A stretch of DNA of 59,290 nt, the filler included, from Piptocephalis cylindrospora (lineage: Eukaryota), in assembly GCA_003614145.1 (NCBI GenBank). It is 2 parts of 2 records of this genome, joined end to end, with 100 filler letters (N's around TTAATTAATTAA, not from the genome) between each part and the next. Parts side by side here need not be neighbours in the genome. Positions count along the whole stretch, not along the records: positions 1 to 29,983 come from KZ987756.1; 1 more part is not named here. One strand, written 5' to 3'. A model generated the notes under the pieces. The model had not been told where the DNA came from. It made no database searches and saw nothing but the letters and a program-made list of their open reading frames with translations. Positions within the stretch are counted from its first letter, which is position 1; every line of letters starts with the position of its first letter. Below are positions 1 to 13,848 of this stretch, one piece after another. The position numbers and the translations under genes are program-made.

Positions 1-44
1 CGCGCCCCGCCCCCCCCCCCGGGTCCATGGCCCCCCCACAACCC

Positions 45-76
<32 letters not shown>

Positions 77-113
77 TGGGGGAAAGGGGGTCTTCCCCCC
101 CCCCCCCCCCCCC
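1..113. repeat. Poly-C/G low-complexity contig end (probably unreliable sequence)
   Basis: Long C homopolymer runs at the window start; a similar C run opens contig 2 (30084-30108). Confidence 0.8.
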
Positions 114-252
114 ATTCACCCGATTTTCTCCGGAAAGGTCTCTTGAGCTCCGACACGCGCAGCCCACTCTCCCACCCACCCATTCCATCCTTTTTCCTTA
201 CTTCTCCCCCTCTCTGCTCAATCCACTTATACTTTTCCTCTTCAACCACACC

Positions 253-1733
253 ATGTCCACTACTACCGCCCAGGCAAACACTTTCCGTACCGAAAAGGAC
301 TCATTTGGTGATCTTCAGGTCCCCTCGGAGAAGTATTGGGGAGCTCAGACCCAACGGTAGGCCATGTTACCCATCCTCCTTCCCCGACTTGCCTCCGTCT
401 CACCCTCCCCCTCCTTCATAGCTCCATCCAAAACTTCAAGATTGGTGGCCCCGCCGAGAAAATGCCCGAGCCTGTCATCCGTGCCTTTGGCGTCGTGAAG
501 CGTGCCGCTGCCACCGTCAACCTCACCCACGGCCTGGACTCCAAGGTGGGCGAGGCCATCATTACCGCCGCCAAGGAGGTCTCCGAGGGCAAGCTCATGG
601 ATCATTTTCCCCTCGTCGTCTTCCAGACCGGTTCCGGTACCCAGTCCAACATGAATGCTAACGAGGTTATCTCCAATCGTGCCATTGAACTTCTCGGTGG
701 TACCCTGGGTTCTAAATCCCCCGTCCACCCTAATGACCACGTCAACATGGGCCAGAGCAGCAATGACACCTTTCCCACTGTCATGCATGTTGCTGCCGTC
801 TCCGAAATCTCCCATCGTCTCATCCCCGCCCTCACCGAGCTCCGTGATGAGCTTGACCGTTGCGCCAAGCGTTTTGATCATCTCATCAAGATCGGCCGTA
901 CCCATCTTCAGGATGCTACTCCCCTCACCCTCGGTCAAGAATTCTCCGGGTATGTTCAGCAAATGACCTATGCCATCGATCGTGTCCAGTCCACCCTTCC
1001 CCGTCTTTACCTCCTGGCCCAGGGTGGTACTGCCGTCGGTACCGGCCTCAATTCCCACAAGGGCTTTGACCAGGAATTTGCCGCCGAGGTTGCCTCCATC
1101 ACCGGCCTCCCCTTCAAAACCGCTCCCAATAAGTTCGAGGCCTTGGCCGCCCATGACGCCGTCGTCGAGGCCTCTGGTGCCCTCAACACCGTCGCCACCT
1201 CCCTGATGAAGATCGCCAACGACATTCGTCTCCTCGGATCCGGCCCCAGATGTGGTCTCGGTGAGCTTCAGCTCCCCGAAAATGAGCCCGGTAGCTCCAT
1301 CATGCCTGGAAAGGTTAACCCCACCCAGTGTGAGGCCATGACCATGGTGTGTGCCCAGGTCATGGGTAACAATGTCACCATTACCGTCGCTGGCTCCAAC
1401 GGCCACTTTGAGCTCAATGTCTTCAAGCCTGTCATGATCAAGAACCTCCTCTCCAGCGTTCGTCTCATTGCCGATGCCTCCGATTCCTTCCGCCTCAATT
1501 GTGTTCAGGGTATTCAGGCCAACGAGGGCCGCATTCACTCTCTCATGACCGAGTCCCTCATGCTTGTCACTGCCCTTAACCCCCACATTGGTTACGACAA
1601 CGCCGCCTCCGCCGCCAAAAAGGCTCACAAGGAGGGCACCACCCTCAAGGAAGCCGCCCTTTCCCTCAACCTCCTCACTTCCGAACAGTTTGACCAATGG
1701 GTCCGTCCCGAGAACATGGTTGGTCCCAAATAA
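253..1733 (+). CDS. FUM1: Class II fumarate hydratase (exons 253-356, 422-1733)
   Basis: Exon 1 reads [39 protein letters not shown] intron 357-421; exon 2 has [18 protein letters not shown] and the signature [15 protein letters not shown]. Confidence 0.97.
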
Positions 1734-2328
1734 TCACCCTTGACTTTTTCATCTTGATTCGACCCTAACTGACGGGGTATGTTGATTAGCGGAATACACC
1801 GTCATCGTCATCTTTCCTATTGTTTTTTATAATTATTGATGAAACCCTCGTTGATATATTCCGCGGTGCAGATCGGGTGACTCAACGGCCGGCGGTAAGA
1901 GTGAGGTACATGGGAGTATCCTTGGCTAGGCGGAGATGCGTTGACACGGTGTGCCTAGACTAAATTACTGAGCTCAGGACCGTTCTCAGCCTCGCCATCT
2001 TTACTATTTGTACCACATCCTGATTTTCCCCTTATCTATGTTCAGGATATATTACGCCTCCAGAGTATGTTCATCACCACCATTACTTAATGTGCTGAGT
2101 CACACACTTCCCACGTTGCATTGGAGTAAACCCATCAGGAGTTTGCATTGAAAATATCTATTTGAGAGAGGGAAAGTAAAAGGGTAATGACTTGTGCAGT
2201 CCCGTAGTCACACCTTTTTTTTCCCTTCTTTCCTTTTTCATCGTCCTTTCACCACCTCAAATTCCATTCTACTCATGCATCTTTTAAGTCGTATATCTGT
2301 TCGTTGGATGATTAAAGGGTCACGCCAC

Positions 2329-5300
2329 CTAGCCCATCCTATTACGACCCGCCTCTACTATCCCCCCCATCCAGCCCCGCCAGATGTCTGGCCCGACGTG
2401 CATCTAAGGGTCGAGGATCAATGCATCGACGGTACACCCCGGCAAGTACCTCATCTAACAGCGCGTTAATTCCCCTAGATACGATGAATGGTGACGAAGC
2501 CAGTCAGATCACTGGGCTTCCCCTCTTCCTTCCTCTCCCCACATTCACTTACCCATCTTCCCCGAGCATGCTGGCCCACCGATCTCGCACCCATGTTACA
2601 TCCACTTGCGTTTGTCGTAGCCCACCCATCCCGTACACATAGGATCTAGCCTCCTCACCCCAGGCCTTGGCCACCGCAAGGGAAATGGATCGCATCAACC
2701 CAACCCTGTTCACCTCAACCTCTCCCCCGTACACCTCCACTCGCTCCATGAAAAGCCGTCCAATAGGCTGGAGCCAGCTTTGTGCTATCCCTCCTCCCTC
2801 TCCCCCTTCTAAAGATCCCATTTCTCCCCCTCCCGGAGTCATGGGCACGGACATCCCTAGTCCAGGTGAAGTCGTGTATGCCGTAGAGGGATGGATGGGC
2901 GATGGCGTGGAATGGTGCGTAGGGGAGGGGGAGATGGCTGTAGGCGAGGTCAATCCCCGTAGCCTTCGACGGGACGTCATCGATGCTGTACCCACGGAAA
3001 GGGGAGTAAGTGATGCCGAGGACATGGCTGGGGACGAAGTGACCGAGGAAGTTGCCGATGACGTAGATTTTCGTGTTCTAGACCTCCTTTGAGCTTCAAG
3101 ATGCGTTGGTCGACGGGATCGACGACTGGCCTTTGAAGATACACTCTGCGTTTCTGATACCTCATCATCCATCCAATCCGCCGTCCCTTCATCATCATCG
3201 TCATCTTCTCCATCTTCTCCATCCACATCACTCAGCCGTATCCCCTCCAGCTCATCATCATCTCCGAAAAGGACAATCACATCTCTCTCTGCTCCACTCA
3301 TTGCTTCTAGTGCCGGCTTCCAAGAATCCTCACTCGGCCCATGTACCTCCATTTTACCCATCCCTTCCCAGTCCTTATTGACCAAGCTTGCCCTGTAAAG
3401 GTGAATCATCTTCCCGGACACCTTATCGACATACATTTGCAAGAGGGACTATCATGGATCCAAAGAAGAGTAAATCATCCAGCAATTCTCTCTTCCATGC
3501 CCTTCTCTCCTTCCATGCCCTTCTCTCCTTCCACTTACCTGAGCAACCTGACCACACCGATCAATCGTCCCGATGGCCTCCTCCTCCCACACTGCCCAGG
3601 CCTGTCGGTCCTCCGGGCTCCACCAGCCCCTTTCCCCAATCATGGCCACCGTAGGACATAGCCTCTGGGAAAAAGCTTCGGCCGTCGCCATAACAGCTGC
3701 GGATTCAAAGTCCATGGCGAGATTTGCCAGTACAAGAATCCCTTGGGGGGCGCATTTCCAGGCCTTGGGTCCATGCCGAGCAAAATCTCCCATAAATTGC
3801 ATGATCTTTTCCCAGAAGAGCCCTAGACCCTGTCGAACAATACCGCGGAACTGCTCAGCCGCCTCGTCACTTTCCTGAAGATAGGACATACCCGAGGACT
3901 GGAACGCCTCAAACCTCTCCAGGCCCTCCATAGCCAATGCATCCGTCAGGCATGTTTCCTCACGGACGACAAATTCATACAGCTCCGGCATCGCCAAATC
4001 CGAGGAACCCCTATCTTCGAGGAAAATGGAGAAGCTCCCTATTGGACATACAGAGGATATGACGGGATGAGGGCGGCCAATAAGGTCAGATCTTGGAGCT
4101 CCGTTTTCCTTTCTTTCCTTAAGAACTTACCCTCAAAGTCTGAGGAGATCCTCTGAAATATCCCGGCCACGTATGCAGATTCCCATGCTCCAACGCATTC
4201 AGCGTATAGCCGTCCTGTCTCCGGATCTATCCTCCATAAGGGTAAGCAATTCGGATAGGCATGGCAAAGTCCTTCATATGCCTTGGATAGAACATGCACG
4301 GCTTGGTCTGGGGTCATCGAATATGCATCCTCCTACAAATACTCCCACCGTCCCCGACAGACATGAGTGAAATGTACACCCTCTAGTGCGGCCACCCAAG
4401 TCACCATCTATCATTCCTCCTATCTTACCGGAAGATCTAGGCAGTCCTTTAGCAGTGCCAGGTATATTTTAATCCAGTGACTCGAAAAATCCTTGATTCT
4501 TTCTTGGATAGCTTTTGTATCCTATAGGGGGGAATGGTGAATTTTTGTAGAGCCTTGTTAATAAAATGGATGTGTCTCAATCTCTCCCTTAAGCTACGTA
4601 CTTCACGGGAAACCAGAGTGATAGAAAACCACTCTGGAGGTGGTACCCAGCCCTTTCCTTCTTCACCTTCCTCCTCTACCTTTCTCTCTTCTCCATCCAT
4701 GGTAGATCCAACTCGATCTTCCCCTCCATTTAGATTCGTTTCACGGCTCATGGTCCTTTGATGACGCCCTGTCGTGGCTTCTCTGAGCCCAGAAGGAAGA
4801 AAGCATGTATAAAGGCAGGAGACTACCAGTGCCACTTGGGATAAGAAAGTACGGTTGATATACATCACCCTATCTTCCTTCTCCTTTTCCTTGGAGATAT
4901 TTAATGACTCAGAGGGTCCACCTTCACACGGCTCATCCTTTACTGTAGGCTCGATCATGGAAGGTAGAGAGGCCATGCTAGCATGAGTGTTTCTCGCCAC
5001 CTACTCTAATCTCCCATGCGCTCTACGAAGGAAGGGGATGGATTAGAAGTCAGACCCTCTTCACAATCTGCTATTCACGTAATCACACTTACTGTTTTAG
5101 AAAACTCTGCAAAAGATCCAGAGGTTTCGTAGCTAGGCCAGAGCAAAGACCAACACACCGCGTCATTTCCTGAATTGAGGCGTCTTGATGAAGTAGAGAA
5201 GATAGAAGGTTTCTTTCCATCCTTCCAACAATCTCTCTACTCTCTCTGGAAAGCTGCTGGACTCCAGCAAGAGAAGCATGCTCCTCTAGGGAGGGCCGAG

Positions 5301-6064
5301 CACTCACATATGCAGAAACAGCCCCAACTAGATCCTGGCAATGGATCCGTTCACCCAGAGTGGAGGGAAGAGTGAGAATATCAGCAAGCTTGGAGAGACG
5401 ATCGTGCTCCGCGTGAAGGGTTCGTAGATGGGAGCGTCTATCGGCCATATTCTCGAGCATGTTCACCTGCTCAGACTTTGCCGTTCCCAGCGTGACTTCC
5501 AAGCCTTTTAGCGTATCCACCATATCCGATAGGCCTTTGGACATCTGCAAAGGAAAGGTGACCGATTTATTAGCATCTTTGAATCCTGCACATTTGCATC
5601 AATAAGCCTTTAAGAGAAAGGAACTGACATGATGGATGCTCTCAGTGGCATTGATGAATTTGCCGTAATTTTCGTAAACCAGGGTTTTGCTATCTCCATC
5701 CAACTCCCGGATATCTATGGAACAATGGTAGTAATGATGTTTGTTTAAAAGAGATCTCGGTTGAACACATGAACCCTTTCCCGAAAGATTCCCACCACCC
5801 ACCTGACACGAGCTTATTGTCCAGTCGGACAAGGTCGCCAATCCCCTTCGTCCGGAGATACTTTGTTCGAGCTTGTCCAGCATCAAACCCCTTGCTATCC
5901 ACATCCAATGGGTTAGACAGGGTGGGGACTACCCCCTCTTCCTGGATACCATAGTAATTCTTTAGAAGATTCCTCGTTCGTCGACCCGTCCCTTTGGGAG
6001 TAGGATGAACTGAAGAGGGCGAGGGTCGGGCCGTCTTTGACGGAGAAGGAGCCGTGGTCTTCAT
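2329..6064 (-). CDS. VPS51: GARP/EARP complex subunit Vps51 (multi-exon; internal boundaries approximate)
   Basis: N-terminal LKNYYG...DSKGFD and DIRELDGDSKTLVYENYGKFINATESI match the Vps51 motif. ORF pieces 5089-5550, 4449-5000, 4039-4317, 3452-3997 and 2549-3442 are separated by GT-AG introns. Last exon reads INALLDEVLAGVYRRCIDPRPL, stop at 2329-2331. Confidence 0.85.
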
Positions 6065-7155
6065 CTCTCAAGGATACTCGGTATAGGTGAGGTAGCAATG
6101 ATGGCAGGATCTTTTAAAGGGAGAGATATATGAGGATGAAGAACACACGATTTGATTGGGAAGGGCCAAGAGATGAGGAAATGATGATTTAAAAGGTGAA
6201 TATATATATATAAGATGGGGCGACATTCATCGTGGCAAATTCCGGGGGAGGGAAGGAAACCCCGACCAGAGTGCGCTCCATTAGACCATTGAGCCAAATC
6301 TGACTGACCGGAGCGTGTCTCAGTGGGCTGTGCCCAGGTTATTGTGATATATTATCAGCCTACCGTAAATATTGCGATGACTAGAAAGTCGTTAGGTGAC
6401 ATGTATGAGGATGGTAGGTGGGACGCCTATAAGAAGTCCAGCTAAAGAAGGATGAGAAGCGGGTTGTACAGATGGCTCCTCAAAGACAGGTGGACCTCCC
6501 TAATACATCTGAATCCATTCCCCACTCGCCTACTCCTGGTAAACGGACCCATAACAATATATAGAACAATACACTTTTCAGTGGTTAACCAATTCATTAC
6601 CGTTTGCTTTACATACATCGCAAATACACTGCAATGCCGCTTGAGGCGCTGAATGTCACTTATTTCGCGAACTTGATGCAAATGGGGGGACAGAAGAGCA
6701 TGTAGCAGCACTTTATCGGAATCGGAGAGGATTAAGATATTTGAAATGAGCCTATACTTCTAAACTTGTCGTTTTGTGGTCCTGATTTGTGCAATGCATA
6801 CATCCTTAATCCTTTTCCGTAATGGGGTAAGACATGTCAAATCTCTCTCTCCTTGACTACAAGAGTGACAATTGATGACGATTGCAGATGGTAAAGGGGG
6901 TCAGTCAGAATGGGAGAAGGATTAAGGGGTGATTGGGATGGAAAAGGCGGGATGTATAAAGCCGTGTTTACCCCCGTCATACTTGTCAATTACCCGTCCC
7001 TCACCTTTTTATTTCTCGCTTGTTGCTCTTTCTCTCCCTTTTTCTTTCTAGTAGGCTTCTCGTCATACACGCTCCCTTTATCTTGGGTCACATTTCAGCC
7101 CTCCTACTCACCTCCCACTTAAACCCATCGAAGTCTCGGCCTAATCAACATCGGG

Positions 7156-10018
7156 ATGGGGCATCTTGACGCGAAAGAGCATTATGCCGACATCTCCCTT
7201 TTCGCCCTTAGTCTCGCCCCCCCTGACCATCCTAACCCTGGTCTATGTGAGTCAGGCCCTTCGCCGGACTTGTCGACAAGGTAGGGAGGGGCTCTGTACC
7301 GTTGGGATATTCCCCCTCCATACACTAAATCCCATTTTGCCCCACCCTTTCTCTCAGACAACCTCGAAAGCCCGGGTGCTTCAGCAGACACTCGTCGGTC
7401 CCCACTGAGCATCTACTTCCGACACCTCTCATTTTCCTCCCTTTTCCTCAGTCTTATCCGCATTCTCTTCTTGGTACAACAGATTAAAGATGCGGACGGC
7501 GCTCAACCACCCCCTTCTGTTCTTACTGCGGCCCTGATCCCCGTCTTATCCTGGACCTTGATGATCCGCCAAGGATTCAGGAACACCTGGCTTCCCACGG
7601 TCCGGTTTTTGGTGCTAGTTGGGACATTTGCTCTATCCGATACTCTTATCCTTGCACGAGACCTTCTTGAACAACGCGAAACACCCCTCCCAGAGCGCCC
7701 TGGCTGGAGGAGTAATGGATGGGTACTTTCCCTGGCCGTTGGCCAAGCCATCCTATCCATCTTTCTACTTCTTCTAGCCATTGTGGGGCTTGCCACTCTT
7801 CCTCGCCCCGATGGGTATACGTCCCTCCCCACCAGAGAGGCAGAGGAGAATGAAGAGCAGGATACTACAACCGCTCAGGCCGAAACCTCCAATTCCTCTC
7901 AGCCCAGTAACAATACTCGGTCCTTTAAGCCAGGCAAGCCCGGAGATCCACATTTGGCCTCGCACAGCCTATCTGATCATTATGATCGTCTCCGGACACT
8001 CATGCCCTTCTTATGGCCCAAGAACGATCGGAAGCTCCAGGGTATGATTGTCCTGTGCTTCGTTATACTTGCAGCCGGTCGTGTGGTCAATATCCTTGTA
8101 CCCCGTCAATACAAGGCCGTTGTGGATTCCCTAGGAGGTGACGGAAATCCCGCCAGGCCCGAAGCTATCATTAATGTCCTTTGGTTTGTCCTTTTCCGCT
8201 TCCTCCAGGGGAATGTGGGAATCCTTAATACGGCTCAAACCTTTTTTTGGATTCCTGTTGGACAGGTAGGTGATAATCTGATGATAGAAAAGGAAAGATG
8301 GGACATCCTTCTTACTATTACTCACTCCCCCTTCCCTTAATATTAATTCTCTTCCTAGTACACTACTAGAGAAGTGTCTTTGAGGATGTTTGAGCATCTG
8401 CACGCCCTTAGCCTTCGCTTCCATCTCGCAAGAAAGACTGGAGAGATCCTACGGGTGCAGGACAGGGGTGTTAACTCTATCGTCTCCCTTCTATCCTCCA
8501 TCCTCTTCCAGATCGTCCCGACCTTAGTGGATATTGCCCTAGCTACCATCTACTTTGCGTGGGAGTTTGACTTGTACTTTGCCAGCATCGTCCTCATCAC
8601 CATGGTCTCGTACATTGTTGTCACAGTCACTTTGACAGATTGGCGTACCAAGTTCCGCAGAAGATCCAATGATCTAGATAATAAGGTGGAGGCCCGGTCT
8701 GTGGATAGTCTATTGAATTTTGAAACGGTCAAATACTACGGGGCTGAGGGGTGGGAGCAGCAGCGGTATGGGGATGCCCTCCGGAAGTACCAAAAGGCCA
8801 ATTGGATCACCTCGGCATCCCTCAATGTCCTCAACACTGCCCAGAATGTGATCATCCAAATGGGCCTCCTAGTCGGGTGCCTTGTCTGTGCTCACCGTGT
8901 CCTTGCTGGTACCATGACTGTTGGTGCAGTTGTCCTCTACCTTACCTACATTACTCAACTGTATGCTCCACTTAATTGGTTCGGCACCTATTATCGTGTC
9001 ATCCAACGGAACTTTGTGGATATGGAGAACATGCTTGCCCTTTTCACCGAACACATTGAGGTCCAGGATGCTGAGGATGCCAAGGATCTCCAGATCAAGA
9101 ATGGCACCGTCTCCTTTAGCAACATCTCCTTTGCCTACGACCCTCGACAGCCTGTCCTCCGGGATATATCCTTTACCATCCCCGGGGGCTCTACCGTGGC
9201 CATTGTCGGCCCTAGCGGAGGGGGAAAGAGCACCTTGTTCCGACTCCTCTTCAGGTTCTATGATCTCCAGCAGGGATGCATCACCGTAGATGGTCAGGAT
9301 ATCCGAGATGTACGACAAAGACAACTGCGACAGGCCATTGGTGTTGTTCCCCAGGATACTGTGCTCTTCAACGATGACATTCTCTACAACATTCGGTACG
9401 GAAAGGTCTCGGCTACGGATGAGGAGGTGTATGAGGCAGCCAAGGCGGCCCAGATCCACGACAAGATCCTCCATTTTCCTGATGGCTATGGCACCAAAGT
9501 GGGCGAGAGGGGCCTAAGACTTAGTGGAGGCGAGAAGCAACGTGTGGCCATTGCCCGTACTATCCTAAAGAATCCTCCCATTGTCCTTCTGGACGAGGCC
9601 ACTTCGGCCCTGGATGTAGGTATTTTTAGGGTCTGGGCAAGCTGTGTGCCTTTCTCTGTCTCCCTCTACCTCTGTCTGACCCAAAATTTCCCATTCTATT
9701 TAGACACACACCGAAAGAAACATTCAATCTGAGCTTCGGACGGTCACTAAGAATCGGACCACCATGATCATCGCCCACCGACTCTCCACCATCGTACACG
9801 CCGACCTGATCCTCGTAATGCAGGAGGGTCAAATCGTGGAACGAGGCAGCCATGCCGAGTTGATGCGGCGTGGTGAGGAAGGAGTGTACTGGCAAATGTG
9901 GATGAACCAGCTTAGGGACGAGGTGGAGGCCGATGCCTCCTCCACCACCTCCTCCTCACCTCCTCCCAAATCCTCGGGAGGTCATGGAGGTGATGCTCAA
10001 GTCCCTGGCCATCCTTGA
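7156..10018 (+). CDS. HMT1: Half-size ABC transporter, HMT1/ABCB6 type, with N-terminal extra membrane domain (multi-exon)
   Basis: [40 protein letters not shown], Walker [33 protein letters not shown]. The hydrophobic N-terminal extension, rather than a mitochondrial presequence, favours HMT1 over ATM1. Confidence 0.88.
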
Positions 10019-11324
10019 GTAAATCAATTTTTTGTCATGGTGGTGATGGGGAGAAAGAGTGAGTGAAATATAGATTTGTGTGTCAAGATAAAGTGATGTA
10101 TATATTGCCTGAGTGAAGCGGCAAGGAATGTATTGTTGTATAAAAATGATGATGATGAAACCGTTATATTTTGCCCTTTCGTTGTGTAAAAATATAGTGT
10201 AGTAGTAAACAGCGAAATCTATCAAAATGTACTGTCTTATAGGGAAATACACGCCCAAGAGACATTTCAGAAAGAGACGTATGTGGAAACCAATTTTTTA
10301 ACCATAATAAGCTAGGACAAATTTCATTAATTGACCTTCGGCAAAAGCTGTGTAGATTCAAATTGATGTTGTTATTGCTAATAGGGACTTTAGCAAGTAG
10401 GGCGGATCAATCCATAGCAATATCCATTCTGATGTCTTGCGTGTTCCACCTCCCCTCGGAGGTTTACGCGAAGGTTCCGCTGGTTTGTGCCACCATGCCA
10501 TCGGCTTTGTCGTACAGATTGACAGCCCTTGAAGGGGGAGAGAATCACGCATAGGCCTCAGAGGATCTAGAAAAATGGGTACAGTGATAATGAGAAAAAA
10601 TGTAGCAAATTTGATATGGTCCTGGCATTCAGGACATAGTTTCCTTATTGAACCCATCCCTTGCTCATTCCCACTCGTTGTCATTCTAGTGAGTAATGCT
10701 CTTACCATGTACAAGCCTGATAATCACACTGTTGTACATGCGGAGTGCGGATAAGGCCTCTGAAGGTCTCCAACCCTCCCCTATGTTCGGCTGATATCAT
10801 GCCGAACTCGTGGCCTTGGCAAAGAAGGTTTGTGCGAGATGGGATTTGGAAGACAAGTCATTAGTGTGTTGATCCTCATCTCCCCATACTCATTCCCACA
10901 CACTCGTAATGCTTCATTATTATTACTACTCTTGGGGATGAGCAGGATGATTAGAGGGCGGAACATGGCTACCGCCTTACACACCGAGATTCGTCTTTGT
11001 CAGACCCATTGGTCACCATCCACGATGAGTATACTGATTCCAAAGAGAGCTTTGGCTTGTGAAACACTATGAGACCTCCAAACCATCAATCGTCCTTTTT
11101 GGGCGTCGCCCTTACCCAAGAGCAGTGTCTCCTTATAAAGAATGATGAAGGTAGAGGGGCCTCAGCGCCCCATATCCCCTTTCCTGAGTACACACTATAT
11201 CTTTGTCCTTTCCAAGTACCCTTTCCACCTTGCCTTTCTTAAGTAATCACTCCTCAGAGCCGTGCGTCCATTAACCCCCTCCTCTCTCTTCCCTTCTCCC
11301 TCTTTTCACACACGTACCATTGAC

Positions 11325-12660
11325 ATGACCCCCCTTGCGCGTACACAACGACCCTTTGACCTCTTGGTCTGGGGGGCAACGGGATTCACAGGGAAATATG
11401 TTGCCGAGTATTTGGCCCAGCATGCACCTCTTAACCTAAAATGGGCTATAGGGGGAAGAAACGAGGCCAAGCTCCAGGGGGTTAGACAGAAGATCATTGA
11501 TATCAATCCTCATTGGAGTTCCCGGATGGGTCTCCTCGTCGCAGATGGACAGGATGCCGAGGGCCTGGCCAGGGTGGTGAGTCAAACCAAGGTGGTTGTC
11601 AGCACGGTGGGCCCGTACATGAAGTATGGTCGGCTTTTGGTCCGTGTGTGCATTGAGCAAGAGACAGACTATGCGGACATTACCGGCGAGCCCCATTTTA
11701 TCTCCCGAATCATCCAGGATCATCATGACCAGGCCCGGGATCGTGGTGTCCTAATCATCCCGTCTTGTGGCTTTGACTCTGTCCCCTCGGATATCGCCGT
11801 GTTCCTCGCCTCCTCCCGACTTCGGGAAGCTGGGTACGAGGTGGCCCGTACCAAGGGATGCATGTATCAGCTCCAGGGTGGTGCTAGTGGAGGAACCCTG
11901 CAAACAGTCGTTACCTTTCTCGAGCAACCCATCAAGGAGGTCCGAGCCACCATGAATCCCTACTACCTTTGGCCCCAAGCAGTACCCAAACCCACTGTAT
12001 CCCCTCGATTCACCCCCCCGACCTACTATGACCGAGACTTTGGCTCTGCTCAAGGCGCTTTCCCCCTGTGTCACGGAAATGAGCTGACAGTTCGACGGTC
12101 TGCTGCCCTTCAATCTCCAGGCTACGGACCTCATTTTGCGTACAGGTAAGGATGCTGAGGTGTGGATATGGGATCGGGCAATTCTTCGTGACCTCATCAC
12201 CTCGCATAATCACATCGTCAATGACAGAGAGACGGCCAGATACAGCTCGCGGATCACAGCTTGGATCTCAACAATCTCCCTTGGTATTGGATCCCTCCTC
12301 CTCTTGTATTTTCCCCCCGCTCGATGGATCTTTAGAATGCTTGCCTCTTCTCCCGGGGAAGGGCCCTCGAAGGAATCTGTAGAGACGGGCTCTTTTGATT
12401 TTCGCTGCGTGGCACAAGCAGATATTTCCTCTGAACAGAAGCCCGTGGAGATGAAATCCAGGATCATTGGTAAAGGTTGCCCTGGCTACGGAAGCACGCG
12501 TATTCTTCTGGCCGAGGCAGGTCTTGCAATGGCTCTGGAAAGATCCCAGTGCTCTGGAAAGGGTGGGGTCATGACACCTTCTACTGGCTTAGGTCAAGTG
12601 TATGTCGACCGCCTGGAAAAGGCCGGCATTCAAATCACTTCTGGGCCCAACGTATGGTAA
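11325..12660 (+). CDS. Saccharopine dehydrogenase-like (SCCPDH-type) oxidoreductase, 2 exons
   Basis: WGATGFTG Rossmann motif, VGPYMKYG, YADITGE, SCGFDSVPSD, SGGT, PGYGST, GGVMTP; intron starts at GTAAGG near 12147. Confidence 0.88.
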
Positions 12661-12886
12661 ACCCTGGAACGTCGTGAAATTACTGATACAGCGCATGATG
12701 AGCATATATGAAAAGGAGAAGGCAATTCTTTGTTTTATTATTTTTTAGTATGCTACGATAAAGGAGGCGGACGATTAGAGTGACCCTCAAATCAACCCAT
12801 ATGGCACAGAAGTGGTTTTCACACTAGCCATCCATCCTCAGCATTGCCATCATCTTAACCGTCCTCCAAAGGCAGAGAAAATGGGA

Positions 12887-13848
12887 TCATGCCTGTGAGG
12901 TAAAGTCGTGATGAGGCATCTTGTGGATAGCACCTAAGAGAAGAGAGGAAAAGAGAGAGAATATTAGGTAAGGTCTTGCGCATATACTTGTGTCTGTAGC
13001 AAGAGAAACTATCGTCAAGACTTACCGCTGAGCTCAAGGTTTTCCTTGCCCACAATCTTCTCATGCACCTTCTCAATGCTCTTAAAGTATCGAACGGTCT
13101 TGACGCGTAGCTCCAAAGTGGAATCCTCATCACAGACAATCATGCCTTTGGGATGCTGCTGGAGGGCACTGACGGTCCACATGTGGTTCACACCCTCCTC
13201 GATACATTTGGCCAGGGCGATGGCTTTGTGAGCTCCGGAGATGATGACGAGAACCTCGCGTGCTTCCATTACCGTAGCCACGCCAACCGTCAAGGCCAAG
13301 GAGGGTACTTTGGTGATATCCCTATCAAAGAATCGAGCATTGGCCAGGATGGTATCGTAAGCTAGAGTCTTGACGCGCGTACGAGAGGCCAGAGAGCTCC
13401 CAGGCTCATTAAAGGCGATATGCCCGTCCGGACCAATACCTCCGAGGAATAAATCAATGCCACCTGCCGCCTGGATCCTCCGCTCATATTCCTCGCACTC
13501 GGTCTCTAAATCCTGAGCATTGCCATCGAGGATATGGACATACTGAGGATCAATGTCGACATGCTGAAAAAGATTCTTCCACATGAACGTGTGATAGCTC
13601 TCCGAGTGATCTCGGGGGATCCCCACGTACTCGTCCATGTTAAAGGTGGTGATGTAGGCAAATGAGATTTTCCCCTCCTGGTGAGCCTTGACCAGGAGAT
13701 GATAAACCCCTACCGGGGAGGATCCAGTAGGTAGACCTAGGACGAAGCGCTTCTCTGGCCCTGGACCAAACTCCTGTATCCGCTTGATGACATAGTCCGC
13801 TACAAAGGCGGATACCTTATCATAATCATCTCGGATAATGAGGCGCAT
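12887..13848 (-). CDS. NAG1: Glucosamine-6-phosphate deaminase/isomerase (short last exon after intron at ~13025)
   Basis: MRLIIR start, LGLPTGSSP, FNMDEYVG, GGIGPDGHIAFNEPGSSL, VNHMWTVSALQQH. A GTAAG donor at 13025 leads to the terminal exon GAIHKMPHHDFTSQA*. Confidence 0.95.

Noticed and set aside
345..1697. 450-aa antisense ORF over fumarase
   Set aside because: Shadow of the strong C/T-ending codon bias in a highly expressed gene; no recognisable motifs.
1860..2110. Possible structured RNA between FUM1 and VPS51 (GTGACTCA...TGAGTCAC)
   Set aside because: Only an 8-bp inverted match; no RNase P/MRP, snRNA or snoRNA consensus found.
3493..3528. 18-bp tandem duplication TTCCATGCCCTTCTCTCC
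   Set aside because: Lies inside a Vps51 intron; simple slippage with no evident function.
10300..11200. Short ORFs between HMT1 and the oxidoreductase
   Set aside because: Could not assemble a coherent spliced protein or RNA motif.
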